From the NCBI GenBank assembly GCA_963665845.2, contig OY762492.1, positions 2,528,001-2,592,000 on the forward strand: a stretch of 64,000 bases of DNA, written 5' to 3'. Shown here piece by piece: positions 18,873-28,830 of the stretch. Below the pieces are notes generated by a model. The model saw only the letters and a list, made by a program, of their open reading frames with translations, was not told the DNA's origin and did not search any database. The position numbers and the translations under genes were made by a program. Each line of letters opens with the position of its first letter. The stretch's first letter is position 1. The stretch comes from Candidatus Poribacteria bacterium. GTDB lineage: Bacteria > Poribacteria > WGA-4E > GCA-2687025.

Positions 18873-21800
18873 TCAATCCTCCGAGCGCGGCGGAAGCGTC
18901 GGCAGCGGAAGGCGCGGACGCCGCTGCAGCTCCGGCGCGCGCGGCGGGTTCTCCGCTATCAGCCCCAAAATGACCTCGATCCCCCGCTCCATCTGCGGAT
19001 CCCTCCCGGCAACATAATCATGCGGCGCATACGGAACCTCAATATCGGGGTCCGTCCCGTAGTTCTCCACGCCCCACTCCACATCCTCAAACCAGAACGA
19101 GTACTCCGGCTGCGTCGTATGTCCGCTGTCGACAAAGCGCGACTTCGGGCTGATGCCGATGACGCCGCCCCATGTGCGTACTCCGATGAGCGGTCCCAGC
19201 CCCATCAGCTTGAAGCAGTGCGAAAAGATGTCGCCGTCCGAGCCGGCGTTTTCGTCGGTCAACGCTGCCATCGGTCCCAGAACCGAGTCGCCGGGGTAGG
19301 GGCGCGCGACGCCGTACCGCGGCTGCGTATAGGCGATGCGTTTGCGCGCCAGCTTCTCCAGCAGCAGCTGCGACACATGCCCGCCGCGGTTATGCCGCAC
19401 ATCCACAATGAGCGCCGGGAAATCCAGCTCCGCCAAATAGGCGCGGTGAAACTCCGCATAGCCGCGCACGCCCATGTCCGGTATATGGACGTAGCCGACC
19501 TGTCCGTCGGTCCGCTCATGGACATACCGCCTGTTTTGGACGACCCATTCGCGGTAACGCGCGCCCGCTTCGGAACCGATCGGTTTCACGGCGACGGTTC
19601 GCTCGTTGCCGTCTTCGCCGCGGACGACCAGCTCCGTCTCCTGTCCGGCGAGGTTCACCAGCGCCTCGCTCGGCGACGACAGCTCCGCCGCCGGCAAGCC
19701 CGCGACCGACAGGATCACATCCCCCGGCTGAATGTTGACGCCCGCGCGGCTCAACGGCGAATCGGAGCCGTCGTTCCAGCAGTCCCCCTCCACGATGCGC
19801 CGCACGGCGAACCCGTTCTCCGCCCGTTCAAAGTCGGCGCCGAGAAAGCCTTGCCCGTAGTTCGGATGCGAACGGTAATCGCCGCCCATCTCATACGCAT
19901 GGGAGGTTCCCAGTTCGCCCTGCATCTCCCACATGAGATCGGCAAACTCGGTGCGCGTTCCGACCCGCTCCAGCATCGGCAGATACCGCTCATAGACGCG
20001 CTCCCAGTCGACGCCGGACATGTCGTCTGTCCAGAAATGGTCGCGCTGGAGCCGCCACGCCTCGCGGTACATCTGGCGCCATTCGTGCAGCGGAACGACG
20101 GAGGGTTTGACGCGGTTCAGGTCGATCCATCCGTCGCCGCGGTTTGTTCCGCCGCCGTCGCCCGGTTTGGCGCCCGCCTTGACGACGCGGATGCGGTTGC
20201 CGGCGCGGTAGGTGAGCGTCTTGCGGTCGCGCGTCAGGCTGAATCCGTCCAAGCCCTTCACCAGAACCTCTTTTTTCTGGTTTTTAAATTCGTATGAGTG
20301 CAACTCAACGCCGCCGCCGCTCCCCGGCGACGGGCGCGACAAAATGAGCGCTTTTCCTTCGATGCCGTCGATCTGCGAGTACACGCCCGCCGGGAACGGA
20401 AACGCGATCGCCCGCCGTTCAATGCCCTCAAAGTCGATCTCGATCCGTTTTTCCTTCTTCTCCTCTTTTTTCTTTTCCTCCTTCTGATCGGCGTCCTCGT
20501 CCGCTTTTTTGTCCGAGTCGCCGCCGTCTCCGTTTTCTTCAGCGGCGCCGTCCTTCTTTTCCGACTCGTTTTCCTTTCCGTCCTTCTCTTTTTTCTTGTC
20601 ATCTTTTTTGTCGAGCGGGCGCGGCTGCGGCACAAACGGATGCGCCTCGTCCGCCTTCAACGTCAGCAGATACGGACGCATCGACTGCAAAAAGGTCAAC
20701 CCGAAATGATGCTGATTGTAGACCGGGTTGAACTCCCGACTGGAGATGAAGTACAGATATTTGCCGTCAGGGTCCCAGCCGGGCGACCCGTCCCCGAACT
20801 CGCGGTGGGTGACGACGCGCGCCTCGCCTGTCTCGATGTTGACGATTTTGATGGAGGCGGTCTGGCGCGTCGCGGCGAACCCGTAGGCGATCCAGCGCCC
20901 GTCCGGCGACCATGCCGCGCCCCAAATGTTCATATAATCGCTCTTGTCGAGTATCTTCAGCGTCTTCTCTTCCAGGTCGATGAGAAGCAGCTCAAAGCGG
21001 TTGTTTGTCAGCAGGAGCTGGTCTTTTTTGGGCGACACTTCGAGGCGGTTCGGGCGTCCGATGTCCAGCCCGTCTAGGCGCACAGGTTCCGTTTTGCCGT
21101 CCGCGGCGTGTATTTCAACCGCCTCCTCGCCGCCCGCGTCCGAGAGGGCAACGATGCGCTTGCCGTCGTTCAGCCACTCTGCAAGTCGGCGCCGCGCCGC
21201 AAAGGGCGCGCTGTCCCGTTCGCCATGCTGCGCGACGGCGCCTTCCCAGTTCGCCATCGAAAACAGCTTTCCGCGCGCCGTCACAGCGACCGCATGCCCG
21301 TCCGGATGCAGCGCATGCCCATGCAGATACTGGGACGCGCTCACAAATTTGCGCTGCCGCTGTATGAACGGGCTTCGGTAGTCGATCTCGATTTGGCGGC
21401 TTTCGCCGTCGTCCAGGTCTAAAAAGAACAGATCGCCGCCGGCGTGGTACACGATGCGGTTTTCGTCATGGGACGCCGAGCGGGCGTAGTAGGTTTCATG
21501 GTCGGTGTGCCGGCGCAGGTCGTCGCCGTCCGGCAGGCAGGAGTAGATGTTGCCGAAACCTTCATGGTCGGCGATGAAATAGACGCGTCCATCGATCCAC
21601 ATCGGGGCGGCGTAGTTTGCGTCGACAGGGTTGAGCCGTTCAAAGAGGCCGTCTCCGTCCGCATCGATCCAGAGCTGTCCTGCTGTTCCGCCGCGGTAAC
21701 GCTTCCACCATGACGGGTCGCGTCCGGCGTGGCGTCCGAGTACGACCCGCCCGTCCGGTCCGTAGGCGATGCGGGCGGCGGGTCCGTAGGGCAGTTTTTG

Positions 21801-22172
21801 AGGCAGCCCGCCGTCCGGCGAGACGGTCCAAAGCTCTTGGACATGGGCGTAGGGTCCGTGGGCGTTGCTGGAATAGACGATGCCGCCTTCTGGACTCCAT
21901 GCGGCGGTCGCGGCGTTGCCTGCCTGATAGGTGAGCCGCTTCGCCTCTCCGCCGAGGGACGGCATGATATACACTTCGCTCGGTCCTTCTTCCCGCGCGA
22001 TGAACGCGGTTCGCGTTCCGTCCGGCGAGACGCGGGGCCATGAAACCGGCCCGAGGTTCGATGTCAAGCGGCGCGGAATTCCTCCGCCGACCGACACGAT
22101 CCATAAATCGTCTTCGCAAACAAAGGTGACATCGTCGCCAAACAGCGCGGGTGAGCGGTAATAACCTGCCAT
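18873..22172 (-). CDS. Tricorn-type S41 family protease
   Basis: Beta-propeller N-terminus (WWKRYRGGTAG), GELGTSHAY, PDZ, DVRHNRGG, GSDGD, GVRTWGG. Confidence 0.95.
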   Translation of the reverse strand: MAGYYRSPALFGDDVTFVCEDDLWIVSVGGGIPRRLTSNLGPVSWPRVSPDGTRTAFIAREEGPSEVYIMPSLGGEAKRLTYQAGNAATAAWSPEGGIVYSSNAHGPYAHVQELWTVSPDGGLPQKLPYGPAARIAYGPDGRVVLGRHAGRDPSWWKRYRGGTAGQLWIDADGDGLFERLNPVDANYAAPMWIDGRVYFIADHEGFGNIYSCLPDGDDLRRHTDHETYYARSASHDENRIVYHAGGDLFFLDLDDGESRQIEIDYRSPFIQRQRKFVSASQYLHGHALHPDGHAVAVTARGKLFSMANWEGAVAQHGERDSAPFAARRRLAEWLNDGKRIVALSDAGGEEAVEIHAADGKTEPVRLDGLDIGRPNRLEVSPKKDQLLLTNNRFELLLIDLEEKTLKILDKSDYMNIWGAAWSPDGRWIAYGFAATRQTASIKIVNIETGEARVVTHREFGDGSPGWDPDGKYLYFISSREFNPVYNQHHFGLTFLQSMRPYLLTLKADEAHPFVPQPRPLDKKDDKKKEKDGKENESEKKDGAAEENGDGGDSDKKADEDADQKEEKKKEEKKEKRIEIDFEGIERRAIAFPFPAGVYSQIDGIEGKALILSRPSPGSGGGVELHSYEFKNQKKEVLVKGLDGFSLTRDRKTLTYRAGNRIRVVKAGAKPGDGGGTNRGDGWIDLNRVKPSVVPLHEWRQMYREAWRLQRDHFWTDDMSGVDWERVYERYLPMLERVGTRTEFADLMWEMQGELGTSHAYEMGGDYRSHPNYGQGFLGADFERAENGFAVRRIVEGDCWNDGSDSPLSRAGVNIQPGDVILSVAGLPAAELSSPSEALVNLAGQETELVVRGEDGNERTVAVKPIGSEAGARYREWVVQNRRYVHERTDGQVGYVHIPDMGVRGYAEFHRAYLAELDFPALIVDVRHNRGGHVSQLLLEKLARKRIAYTQPRYGVARPYPGDSVLGPMAALTDENAGSDGDIFSHCFKLMGLGPLIGVRTWGGVIGISPKSRFVDSGHTTQPEYSFWFEDVEWGVENYGTDPDIEVPYAPHDYVAGRDPQMERGIEVILGLIAENPPRAPELQRRPRLPLPTLPPRSED

Positions 22173-22246
22173 GCAAACGGCTCCTTACGATTTGAAACAA
22201 CGTACTTTTTCTATCATACCCGAAAGCGCGCCCCATTGTAAGCGCG

Positions 22247-22840
22247 CCGACCTTAAGTCTTTGGTTGAAACATGCAGGCGGGCGGACGCGAGATGGAGGG
22301 CGGGATGGAGAGTCTTTGAACTAGGATGGAAGGATTGAAAAGATTGCCAAGAATATCGATCTTTTCTATCTTTTGAATCTTGGAAATCCTAGTTCAGACG
22401 ACGGCTAAGATTCCCGCCCGTTTTACCGCAGGGGCGGGAATGCATGTCCTCGCAGACGCGGGGAACCGCCGTTTTCACGGGGCAGGCTATGGAGGGCGCG
22501 GGTTTCCTAGACTCCCCTTGAAAAGGGGGGCTGGGGGGTTTTCCGCGGACGCGGGGAAGGTCTGGTCGGCGGCGCCTTTTCTCATAAATAAGGCGCCATG
22601 TCAGCGGGCAGTACCTACAGGCGATGATTTGACTTTAGAAGTCCGTTTTGGAATGCGGAGCTTGTCTGGAAAAAACTCTGGATTCCCGCTTACGCGGGAA
22701 TGACAGCCGCCCGATGACAACCGTAAGGCGCGGGTCTCTAGACTCCCCCCTTGAAAAGGGGGGCAGGGGGGGTTTTCCGTGGACGCGGGGAAGGTCTGGT
22801 TGACGGCGCCTTTTCTCATAAATAAGGCGCCATGTCAGCG
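22247..22840. repeat. Compound repeat cluster upstream of the tRNA operon
   Basis: Direct repeat ~22490-22606 / ~22727-22840, tgaactagga..tcctagttca inverted pair, family-B end at 22607-22627, palindromes. Confidence 0.85.
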
Positions 22841-22847
22841 ATTTTTC

Positions 22848-22876
22848 TTGACGCCTCGGTTTCTATCGGTTATAGT
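22848..22876 (+). promoter_or_regulatory. Sigma70-type promoter of the tRNA operon
   Basis: TTGACG-17 bp-TATAGT, 9 nt before tRNA-Thr. Confidence 0.8.
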
Positions 22877-22885
22877 ATCTTGTGC

Positions 22886-22960
22886 GCTGGCGTAGCTCAG
22901 AGGTAGAGCAGCTGATTTGTAATCAGCCGGTCGGAGGTTCAATTCCTCTCGCCAGCCCCA
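22886..22960 (+). tRNA. tRNA-Thr(TGT)
   Basis: GCTGGCG/CGCCAGC acceptor, anticodon loop TTTGTAA, GGTTCAA T-arm, CCA end. Confidence 0.96.
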
Positions 22961-22967
22961 CAGATGT

Positions 22968-23052
22968 GGGAGGATACTCAAGTGGTCAACGAGGGCAGAC
23001 TGTAAATCTGCTGGCGAAGCCTTCGGGGGTTCGAATCCTCCTCCTCCCACCA
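22968..23052 (+). tRNA. tRNA-Tyr(GTA)
   Basis: GGGAGGA/TCCTCCC acceptor, CTGTAAA loop, long variable arm, CCA end. Confidence 0.96.
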
Positions 23053-23058
23053 CCGCTT

Positions 23059-23133
23059 GCGGACATAGCTCAGTTGGTAGAGCCCCAGCCTTCCAAGCTG
23101 GTCGCAGGGGTTCGATTCCCCTTGTCCGCCCCA
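23059..23133 (+). tRNA. tRNA-Gly(TCC)
   Basis: GCGGACA/TGTCCGC acceptor, CTTCCAA loop, GGTTCGA, CCA end. Confidence 0.96.
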
Positions 23134-23241
23134 TGTTCTCGGCGCGCCGCGTCTTGCGTCCGCCGCCTCAATCCAGTATCCTATAAACGCTTTCTAACGT
23201 CGAAAGACGAATGTACGCAACGTAAACGGTAGGAGAGTTCA

Positions 23242-25707
23242 ATGGTTGGAGTCAACATCGGCGTCGGCGACCGCATCGTCGCCGCAGTCGCGCAGGAACC
23301 TTTTGTGAGCGGCGGAAACGATTTTTGCCGCCTGATACCGATATGCACGATGGAAGGGATACCGCTTTCCGCGGAGGAGTTTCCGAATAAGGGGCTTGTT
23401 TGGTGGCGCATCATGGAGTCGGACCGAGACCATGCGGTGCCGAAAAACCTTGTGTTAGTGGAGCTGGAGGAGGCGCCGGCGTATAGCGCGGTCGATCAGA
23501 ACAAAGATTTTTATCAGGCGCGTTCGATCTCGCGCTTGAAAGGCGTCAACGAAATCATCCGCGTCGATCAATACCGGCAGACGGCGGAATTGATACGGGC
23601 GGGCGTCGTGAGACTTCGCCGCCTCGTCCACGGCGCGGTCTATTTCTTGACAGGCGACGAGGTGAGCGGTCCATGGCGCGTCTCCCTGCGCGACGAATCG
23701 AGCGACCCGTATGTGTATGACGTCCAAGCGCTGCAGCAGGAGCGGGTCTGGAACTGGAACTGGAACGAATTCGTCTCGCTTGTGGACGTCATTCCGCGCG
23801 AGGTGCGGTTTGAAACGGACCGCCGATGGGGCGACTACGAGCTGGAGTCCTACACGCTTGTTTTTTACGACCATCTGAAAACCGCCTTTGAAAAGGCGGT
23901 CAACCTAGAAGCGTTGAGCGACCGCGACATCGTCTCTAGGGTCGCGCGCGCCTCGGTGACGCATGCCGAACGGAGAGAGCTGGAGCGGTTCTTTGAGAAC
24001 GCGCTGAAGGATATTGAGGAAGGCGATCTGGCGCGTTACCGCCCGCGCATAGAGACCTATCTGGCGCGCGTTCGCGGTTTTGAGCAGGAGCTGCGCCCGC
24101 TGTACGACTCCATTTTGACGCAGGAGCATATGAAAGCGGCGCTGGAGAAACGGCAGAGCGAACTCGCCGAAGAGTATGTGCGTCAGCGGACGGGCGAGCT
24201 GGAAGAGAAGGCGCGTCAGGAGATCGACGCGCTGCTGGCGGAGCGGGACGAGACGGCGCAGAAAATTGAGGCGTCCCGCGACGCTTTTGAGGAAGAGCGG
24301 CGGCGTCAGGAGGCGGAGCTGGAGAAGGAGCGGCGCAAGCATGAGCTGGAGATGGCGCGCAAACATGAGGCAGAGACGGCGCGGAGCCGCGAAACGATCG
24401 CCGCGCTGGAGAAAGCGGCTGACAACTTCAAGGAGAAGCGGGAAGAAATTCTTCAAAACATGATGAGTTTTCTGCCGTTGATTCAGGAGATGGGCGTCCC
24501 GTCGATTGCCGGCGCGCCGTCTGTGGCCGCTGTTCATCACCAGGAGCGCGCCCCGAAACGCTCCGTCTTCGAATTTCCGCCTTATGTGCTGGAAGGCGCG
24601 CCCGACAACCCGATGGAAGAGTCGCTCTTCATCGACACATGGCTGCAGAATGTGCGTGATTCCGGCTTCTCGTACGCCGATTCTGACCTGCTCAACTATC
24701 ATATTGCGATGAAGTCGGAGCGGTTCAACATACTGGCGGGACCGAGCGGCGTCGGCAAGTCGACCCTGCCGCGCCTATACAGCCTCGCGCTGCACGGGTA
24801 TGCCGGGTCGCAGTCGCCCGATCGATATCTGATGGTGCCGGTGCGCCCTGGATGGATGGACATGCGCGACCTTCTCGGATATTTCAACAGCCTTGAAGGC
24901 GTCTTTGAGCCGGCCCCGGCGCGCCTGTTTGAAACGCTCGTGTTCGCCTGCGAGGAGGAGCGGATGGGGCATTCCGGCGTCTATGTGATCAATCTGGACG
25001 AGATCAATCTGTCCTATGTTGAGCATTACTTTGCCGACTTTTTGAGCGCGCTTCAAAATCCGGAGGGGGCGCAGGGCGTCCGCTGCTTCAACCCCGACCT
25101 GTGCGCGGAGGGCGACCCGCTGCGTCCGTACGGCTACCTTTCCATCGCGCGCAGCGTGCGTTTCACCGGGACGGCGAATGTGGACGAAACGACCAAGCCG
25201 TTCAGCCCGCGCATGCTGGACCGGGTCAATGTGATCGAGATACAGCCGCCGGCAACGCCGATCTTCGCGGGGCAGGAGGCGGCGGCTCTCGGCTCCTCTT
25301 ATTTAGAACGAAAAAACGCCGCGCCCATTTCCGCCTCCGTGTACCGCAGCTGGACGAGAACGCGCCCGTCAGAAGAAACCATCAGCTTTGTGCGCCGTTC
25401 GATAGACCCGATTCAGAAGATACTTTACCAGTACGGATACCCGCTCAGCATGCGCGCCTTGAGCGGCATCGCGCGGTATGTGGCGAACAGCGCCAATCTG
25501 ATCTCGGAGCGGGAGGCGTTCGACCGGCAGATACTCCAGCGCGCCCTGCCGAAACTGCGCGGGCATACCGACCGGTTCCGACAGCTGCTGCAGGAGCTGC
25601 TGGGCGAGTTGCCGGAGGAGCTGTTCCCGCGCTCCCACAAGCGGCTGTCGCGCATGGTGGAGTCGGAATACGCGATGGACTTTTTCCACTGCATACAGGA
25701 AGCGTAA
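23242..25707 (+). CDS. McrB-family AAA+ NTPase with long coiled coil
   Basis: GPSGVGKS Walker A, VRPGW, INLDEINL Walker B, GTANVDETT (NxD), MLDR; E/R-rich coiled coil around aa 250-400. Confidence 0.88.
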   Translation: MVGVNIGVGDRIVAAVAQEPFVSGGNDFCRLIPICTMEGIPLSAEEFPNKGLVWWRIMESDRDHAVPKNLVLVELEEAPAYSAVDQNKDFYQARSISRLKGVNEIIRVDQYRQTAELIRAGVVRLRRLVHGAVYFLTGDEVSGPWRVSLRDESSDPYVYDVQALQQERVWNWNWNEFVSLVDVIPREVRFETDRRWGDYELESYTLVFYDHLKTAFEKAVNLEALSDRDIVSRVARASVTHAERRELERFFENALKDIEEGDLARYRPRIETYLARVRGFEQELRPLYDSILTQEHMKAALEKRQSELAEEYVRQRTGELEEKARQEIDALLAERDETAQKIEASRDAFEEERRRQEAELEKERRKHELEMARKHEAETARSRETIAALEKAADNFKEKREEILQNMMSFLPLIQEMGVPSIAGAPSVAAVHHQERAPKRSVFEFPPYVLEGAPDNPMEESLFIDTWLQNVRDSGFSYADSDLLNYHIAMKSERFNILAGPSGVGKSTLPRLYSLALHGYAGSQSPDRYLMVPVRPGWMDMRDLLGYFNSLEGVFEPAPARLFETLVFACEEERMGHSGVYVINLDEINLSYVEHYFADFLSALQNPEGAQGVRCFNPDLCAEGDPLRPYGYLSIARSVRFTGTANVDETTKPFSPRMLDRVNVIEIQPPATPIFAGQEAAALGSSYLERKNAAPISASVYRSWTRTRPSEETISFVRRSIDPIQKILYQYGYPLSMRALSGIARYVANSANLISEREAFDRQILQRALPKLRGHTDRFRQLLQELLGELPEELFPRSHKRLSRMVESEYAMDFFHCIQEA

Positions 25708-25709
25708 TC

Positions 25710-27542
25710 ATGGCGGAGGAACTGCTGCTTTACGTCGAGTCGGACGAGACGCCGTATCCGGGCGGGATGCCGCTCCGCTTTCCGTTTGAAAACGGCGCGA
25801 CCCGCCAGGCGCCGCACCCTGTTTATGAGCTGGACGACATCGAGGCGGTGGCGACGAACCCTGACCCTGGATCGCGTTACACGCTGCGGATCGGCGGCAT
25901 TGAGCATCCGCCGTCCTCGCTGTTGTCGGGGGGTCTGCGCTGGGGCGGTCAAAAGCTTCTCGCCAACTTTCGCGGCTGGGTTTCGGTACAGATCGCGCGC
26001 ATCGGCCCGGGCGGCGAAAGCTCCATGGTCATCGAGATCCTGTGCCGTCCGTCGAAGATCACTGAAGACCAGTACGAGGCGATGGTCATGGAGATTGAGG
26101 CGGCGTCCAAAGGTCTCATCCTGGATGTGATGGGCGCGCGGGCGGGCTTCGGCTGGAGCCAGCAAAATATGGCGACGCGGTTTCGCCATACCGAGGAGCA
26201 TGCCGAAATCGGAAACGCCCTAAACAGAATACGCGCCGAACTGGGCGGACTACAAAGCGGAGCGGCGCTGCAGTTAAAGGTGGACAGGGAGCGGGTCCAA
26301 AAATGGAGCTACAACGGACTTGACCACCGCTCGCTGAACGATCTGATCTCGACCGGCGTCGATCCGCGCGACCCGTCCAGCCGCCCCTTTTTATGCAGCG
26401 CTCCAGTCCGTTCCTTGACGGCGCAGACGCATGAGAACCAGCAGATCGGGCGGTTCTTGATGTGGCTGCGGCAGCGGCTTGGGTTCATCGCGCAGATGAT
26501 GGAGGCGCAGATGGCGCTGATCGATGAGGATCGCTGGTGGAAAGACCTGCCGCGTCCGGACGGGCCCTCCATCTGGGAGACGGAGGATGAGCCGCGCCGA
26601 CGCCGCCTTGAGCAGATTATTGAATCATGCAATGAGCATCGCCGCTCCATCTGGCGCGACATGCGCGAATACCCGTTTCTGCAGGCGGACGCCAAGCCGA
26701 TGGATCTGCGCCCGACAGCGCTGTTTCTGCGCCATCCTGTTTATTCGACGATCTACCGCGTCATGCTCTCGTTCATGCGGCAGCATGGGAACATCTTCGA
26801 CCGCGCCAATTTTGAGATGCAGGCGCGCGTCAAAGGCACCGACAAGCTGTACGAATATTGGACATATCTCAACATGCTGCGGTATTTGACGGAGCGGGGT
26901 CGGTTGAAAGTGGAGGAATACGGGTCGCTGTATGAGCGCTCGTCGCAGATTGGCGCCTACACGCTGCATATTGAGCGCTCGTCGGCGCTGTTTCGGCTGG
27001 ATGACACGCGGACGCTGCGCCTCTTATACACGCCGCTCATTTATCAACGGGAGGAGGCGGCGCGGCGCAGTCTCCCCTTCTACAAAGCCGGCGGCGGACT
27101 GCCGTATAGCCCCGACTTCATGATCGAGGTGCGCGAGGAGGGGCGGCTGAAGATGGGCGTCATTCTGGACGCGAAGTATATGCGCGATGTGTCCCGCGAA
27201 ATGGACGACCTGCGCAAATACTTGACCGCGATCCGCGACGCCGAAACGGGAGAGCCGTTCGCCCGTTCGCTCTGGCTGCTGTATGTTGGGAGCGAGGAGG
27301 CGGTCGGTCCGCCGTGCCGCGCCGAGATTCATACGAATCGCGCCGCGTTCATCCCGAACGACGCGGACTATGTGGAGACGCGCGGAGACGACTCGGTCGT
27401 CATTGGCGCGATGCGTTTTGCGCCGCGTCCGTGGGAGGGGCCGGACAGTTCGCTTGACCAGCTGGACGCGCTGTTCCGTCCGCTGCTGGAGAGCCTGGGC
27501 GTCTCATTCAGCCCAGAGTTTGAGGCTGCCGCTGTCGGGTAG
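25710..27542 (+). CDS. McrC-like DUF2357 + PD-(D/E)XK nuclease
   Basis: PSKI...YEAM, THENQ, HPVY, KLYEYW, PDF...ILDAKY; ATG 2 nt after the NTPase stop. Confidence 0.85.
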   Translation: MAEELLLYVESDETPYPGGMPLRFPFENGATRQAPHPVYELDDIEAVATNPDPGSRYTLRIGGIEHPPSSLLSGGLRWGGQKLLANFRGWVSVQIARIGPGGESSMVIEILCRPSKITEDQYEAMVMEIEAASKGLILDVMGARAGFGWSQQNMATRFRHTEEHAEIGNALNRIRAELGGLQSGAALQLKVDRERVQKWSYNGLDHRSLNDLISTGVDPRDPSSRPFLCSAPVRSLTAQTHENQQIGRFLMWLRQRLGFIAQMMEAQMALIDEDRWWKDLPRPDGPSIWETEDEPRRRRLEQIIESCNEHRRSIWRDMREYPFLQADAKPMDLRPTALFLRHPVYSTIYRVMLSFMRQHGNIFDRANFEMQARVKGTDKLYEYWTYLNMLRYLTERGRLKVEEYGSLYERSSQIGAYTLHIERSSALFRLDDTRTLRLLYTPLIYQREEAARRSLPFYKAGGGLPYSPDFMIEVREEGRLKMGVILDAKYMRDVSREMDDLRKYLTAIRDAETGEPFARSLWLLYVGSEEAVGPPCRAEIHTNRAAFIPNDADYVETRGDDSVVIGAMRFAPRPWEGPDSSLDQLDALFRPLLESLGVSFSPEFEAAAVG

Positions 27543-27629
27543 GCCATGTCCGTATAGTCCGTCCCGCGCATGAGGGGGTTTTCTAGACTCCCCCTTGAAA
27601 AGGCGTTTACGGGCGCGGCGTCCGATTCC

Positions 27630-27798
27630 CTGACCTCATGCTTAAAGTTGGGACATTTGAACCAACGATCGCTCTATTCATGGGAAAAAGGCGCCGCCAA
27701 CCAGACCGTCATTCCCGCGCAAGCGGGAATCCAGAGGCATCCTAGAAACCGTCCGCGTCCGCCCGCCCGACATGTCTCAACTTAAGACGTAAGGTCAG
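27630..27798. mobile_element. MITE-like element family A
   Basis: ~27-bp imperfect TIRs ctgacctcatgcttaaagttgggacat / atgtctcaacttaagacgtaaggtcag. Confidence 0.75.
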
Positions 27799-27808
27799 CA
27801 ACGCGCGA

Positions 27809-27838
27809 TTGCCCAATCCAGCAGGCTGGGTGTATAAT
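27809..27838 (+). promoter_or_regulatory. Putative sigma70 promoter
   Basis: TTGCCC-18 bp-TATAAT upstream of 27871. Confidence 0.5.
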
Positions 27839-27870
27839 AAAAGAACGTTTTTCTATGAAGGAGCGAGACG

Positions 27871-28674
27871 ATGAAACGATTTGGATTGTGCATAGCGGTC
27901 GCGCTGGCAATGGCGGCGTTGACGCCGGCGATGGCGCAGGATCAAGAGTACACTGTTCGGTATGCGTCCGATTTTCCGGACGATCCAGCCTCCGAGGCGA
28001 TTGTGTGGTCGCTTGTCGACTTTGTCGAGTTGGACAAGGGCGATTTTACGGAGCATGGCGGCGGTACACACAACGGAAACGACGATGCCAGCGGGCGATT
28101 TCTGTTTCTCTGGAACGAAGAGGGCCTCTTTTTCATGTCAGAGATTACAGACGATTCGCACTTGAACGCCAACGCAGGGGCCGGCATCTGGAACGGCGAC
28201 AGTACCCAGATCGCCATTGAGCCGACAGGCGATCGTCCGGGAGGCGGAGGCGGCGTCATGTACGAGTACAACTTCGGACTCGGCGCGCCCGATTCCGCGA
28301 CGCCCAGCTTCGCGCGCGCCCTTCGGCATGCCGATGGACCTGGGGCGTTCGACCCAGATCTGTTCGTGTACAAATTCGAGCGGATAGAGGAGCTGAAGCT
28401 GACCAAGTATCTGGTCTTCTTTCCTGCCAGCGAGATCGTCCCCGCCGAGCTGGAGGCAGATTCAACGATCGGACTGGGACTCATTGTGAACGACGGCGAC
28501 GACGAACCTGGACAAGCTGGACAGAAAGGATGGCTCGGATGGGGCGCCAACTCCATCGTCTTTGGAAAAGACGCGAGCCAGACCAACCTGCTCATACTTT
28601 CGGAGGAAGACCTCAGCGTTGATCCTGCCGGCAAGCTGGCAGCGTCCTGGGCGGACATCAAAACGAGCCGATAA
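27871..28674 (+). CDS. Secreted CBM9/DOMON-like sugar-binding protein with C-terminal VDPAGK..WA.IK motif
   Basis: Signal peptide AMA|QD; LWNEEGLF..EITDD, WNGDS.QI, GL.VNDGD...GW.GW. Confidence 0.78.
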   Translation: MKRFGLCIAVALAMAALTPAMAQDQEYTVRYASDFPDDPASEAIVWSLVDFVELDKGDFTEHGGGTHNGNDDASGRFLFLWNEEGLFFMSEITDDSHLNANAGAGIWNGDSTQIAIEPTGDRPGGGGGVMYEYNFGLGAPDSATPSFARALRHADGPGAFDPDLFVYKFERIEELKLTKYLVFFPASEIVPAELEADSTIGLGLIVNDGDDEPGQAGQKGWLGWGANSIVFGKDASQTNLLILSEEDLSVDPAGKLAASWADIKTSR

Positions 28675-28830
28675 ACAACGGAGGAACGCTGCAAGAAACA
28701 AACAGCGCCGCGTCATGCTTGAATGCGCATGCCGCGGCGCTGGATCGGCGGGCCGCCGCGCAAAATGAACGTCATCGAATTGAGCAGTCTAGGCGTATCA
28801 CATAGGAGAATGTTTTCTATGAAGGGCGAG

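Noticed and set aside
20440-20610. Pyrimidine-rich low-complexity tract
   Set aside because: Encodes the K/E/D-rich linker within the tricorn protease
18744-21077. Long plus-strand ORFs (517 aa, 259 aa)
   Set aside because: Antisense shadows of the tricorn protease in high-GC DNA
22835-23232. ORFs over the tRNA cluster
   Set aside because: Spurious translations of tRNA genes
25101-25709. N-terminal 203 aa of the 813-aa ORF
   Set aside because: Overlaps the NTPase in another frame and is low-complexity; the real start is ATG 25710
23110-27640. tRNA-Gly attL/attR-bounded integrative element
   Set aside because: No convincing duplicate of the tRNA 3' end downstream and no integrase in the window
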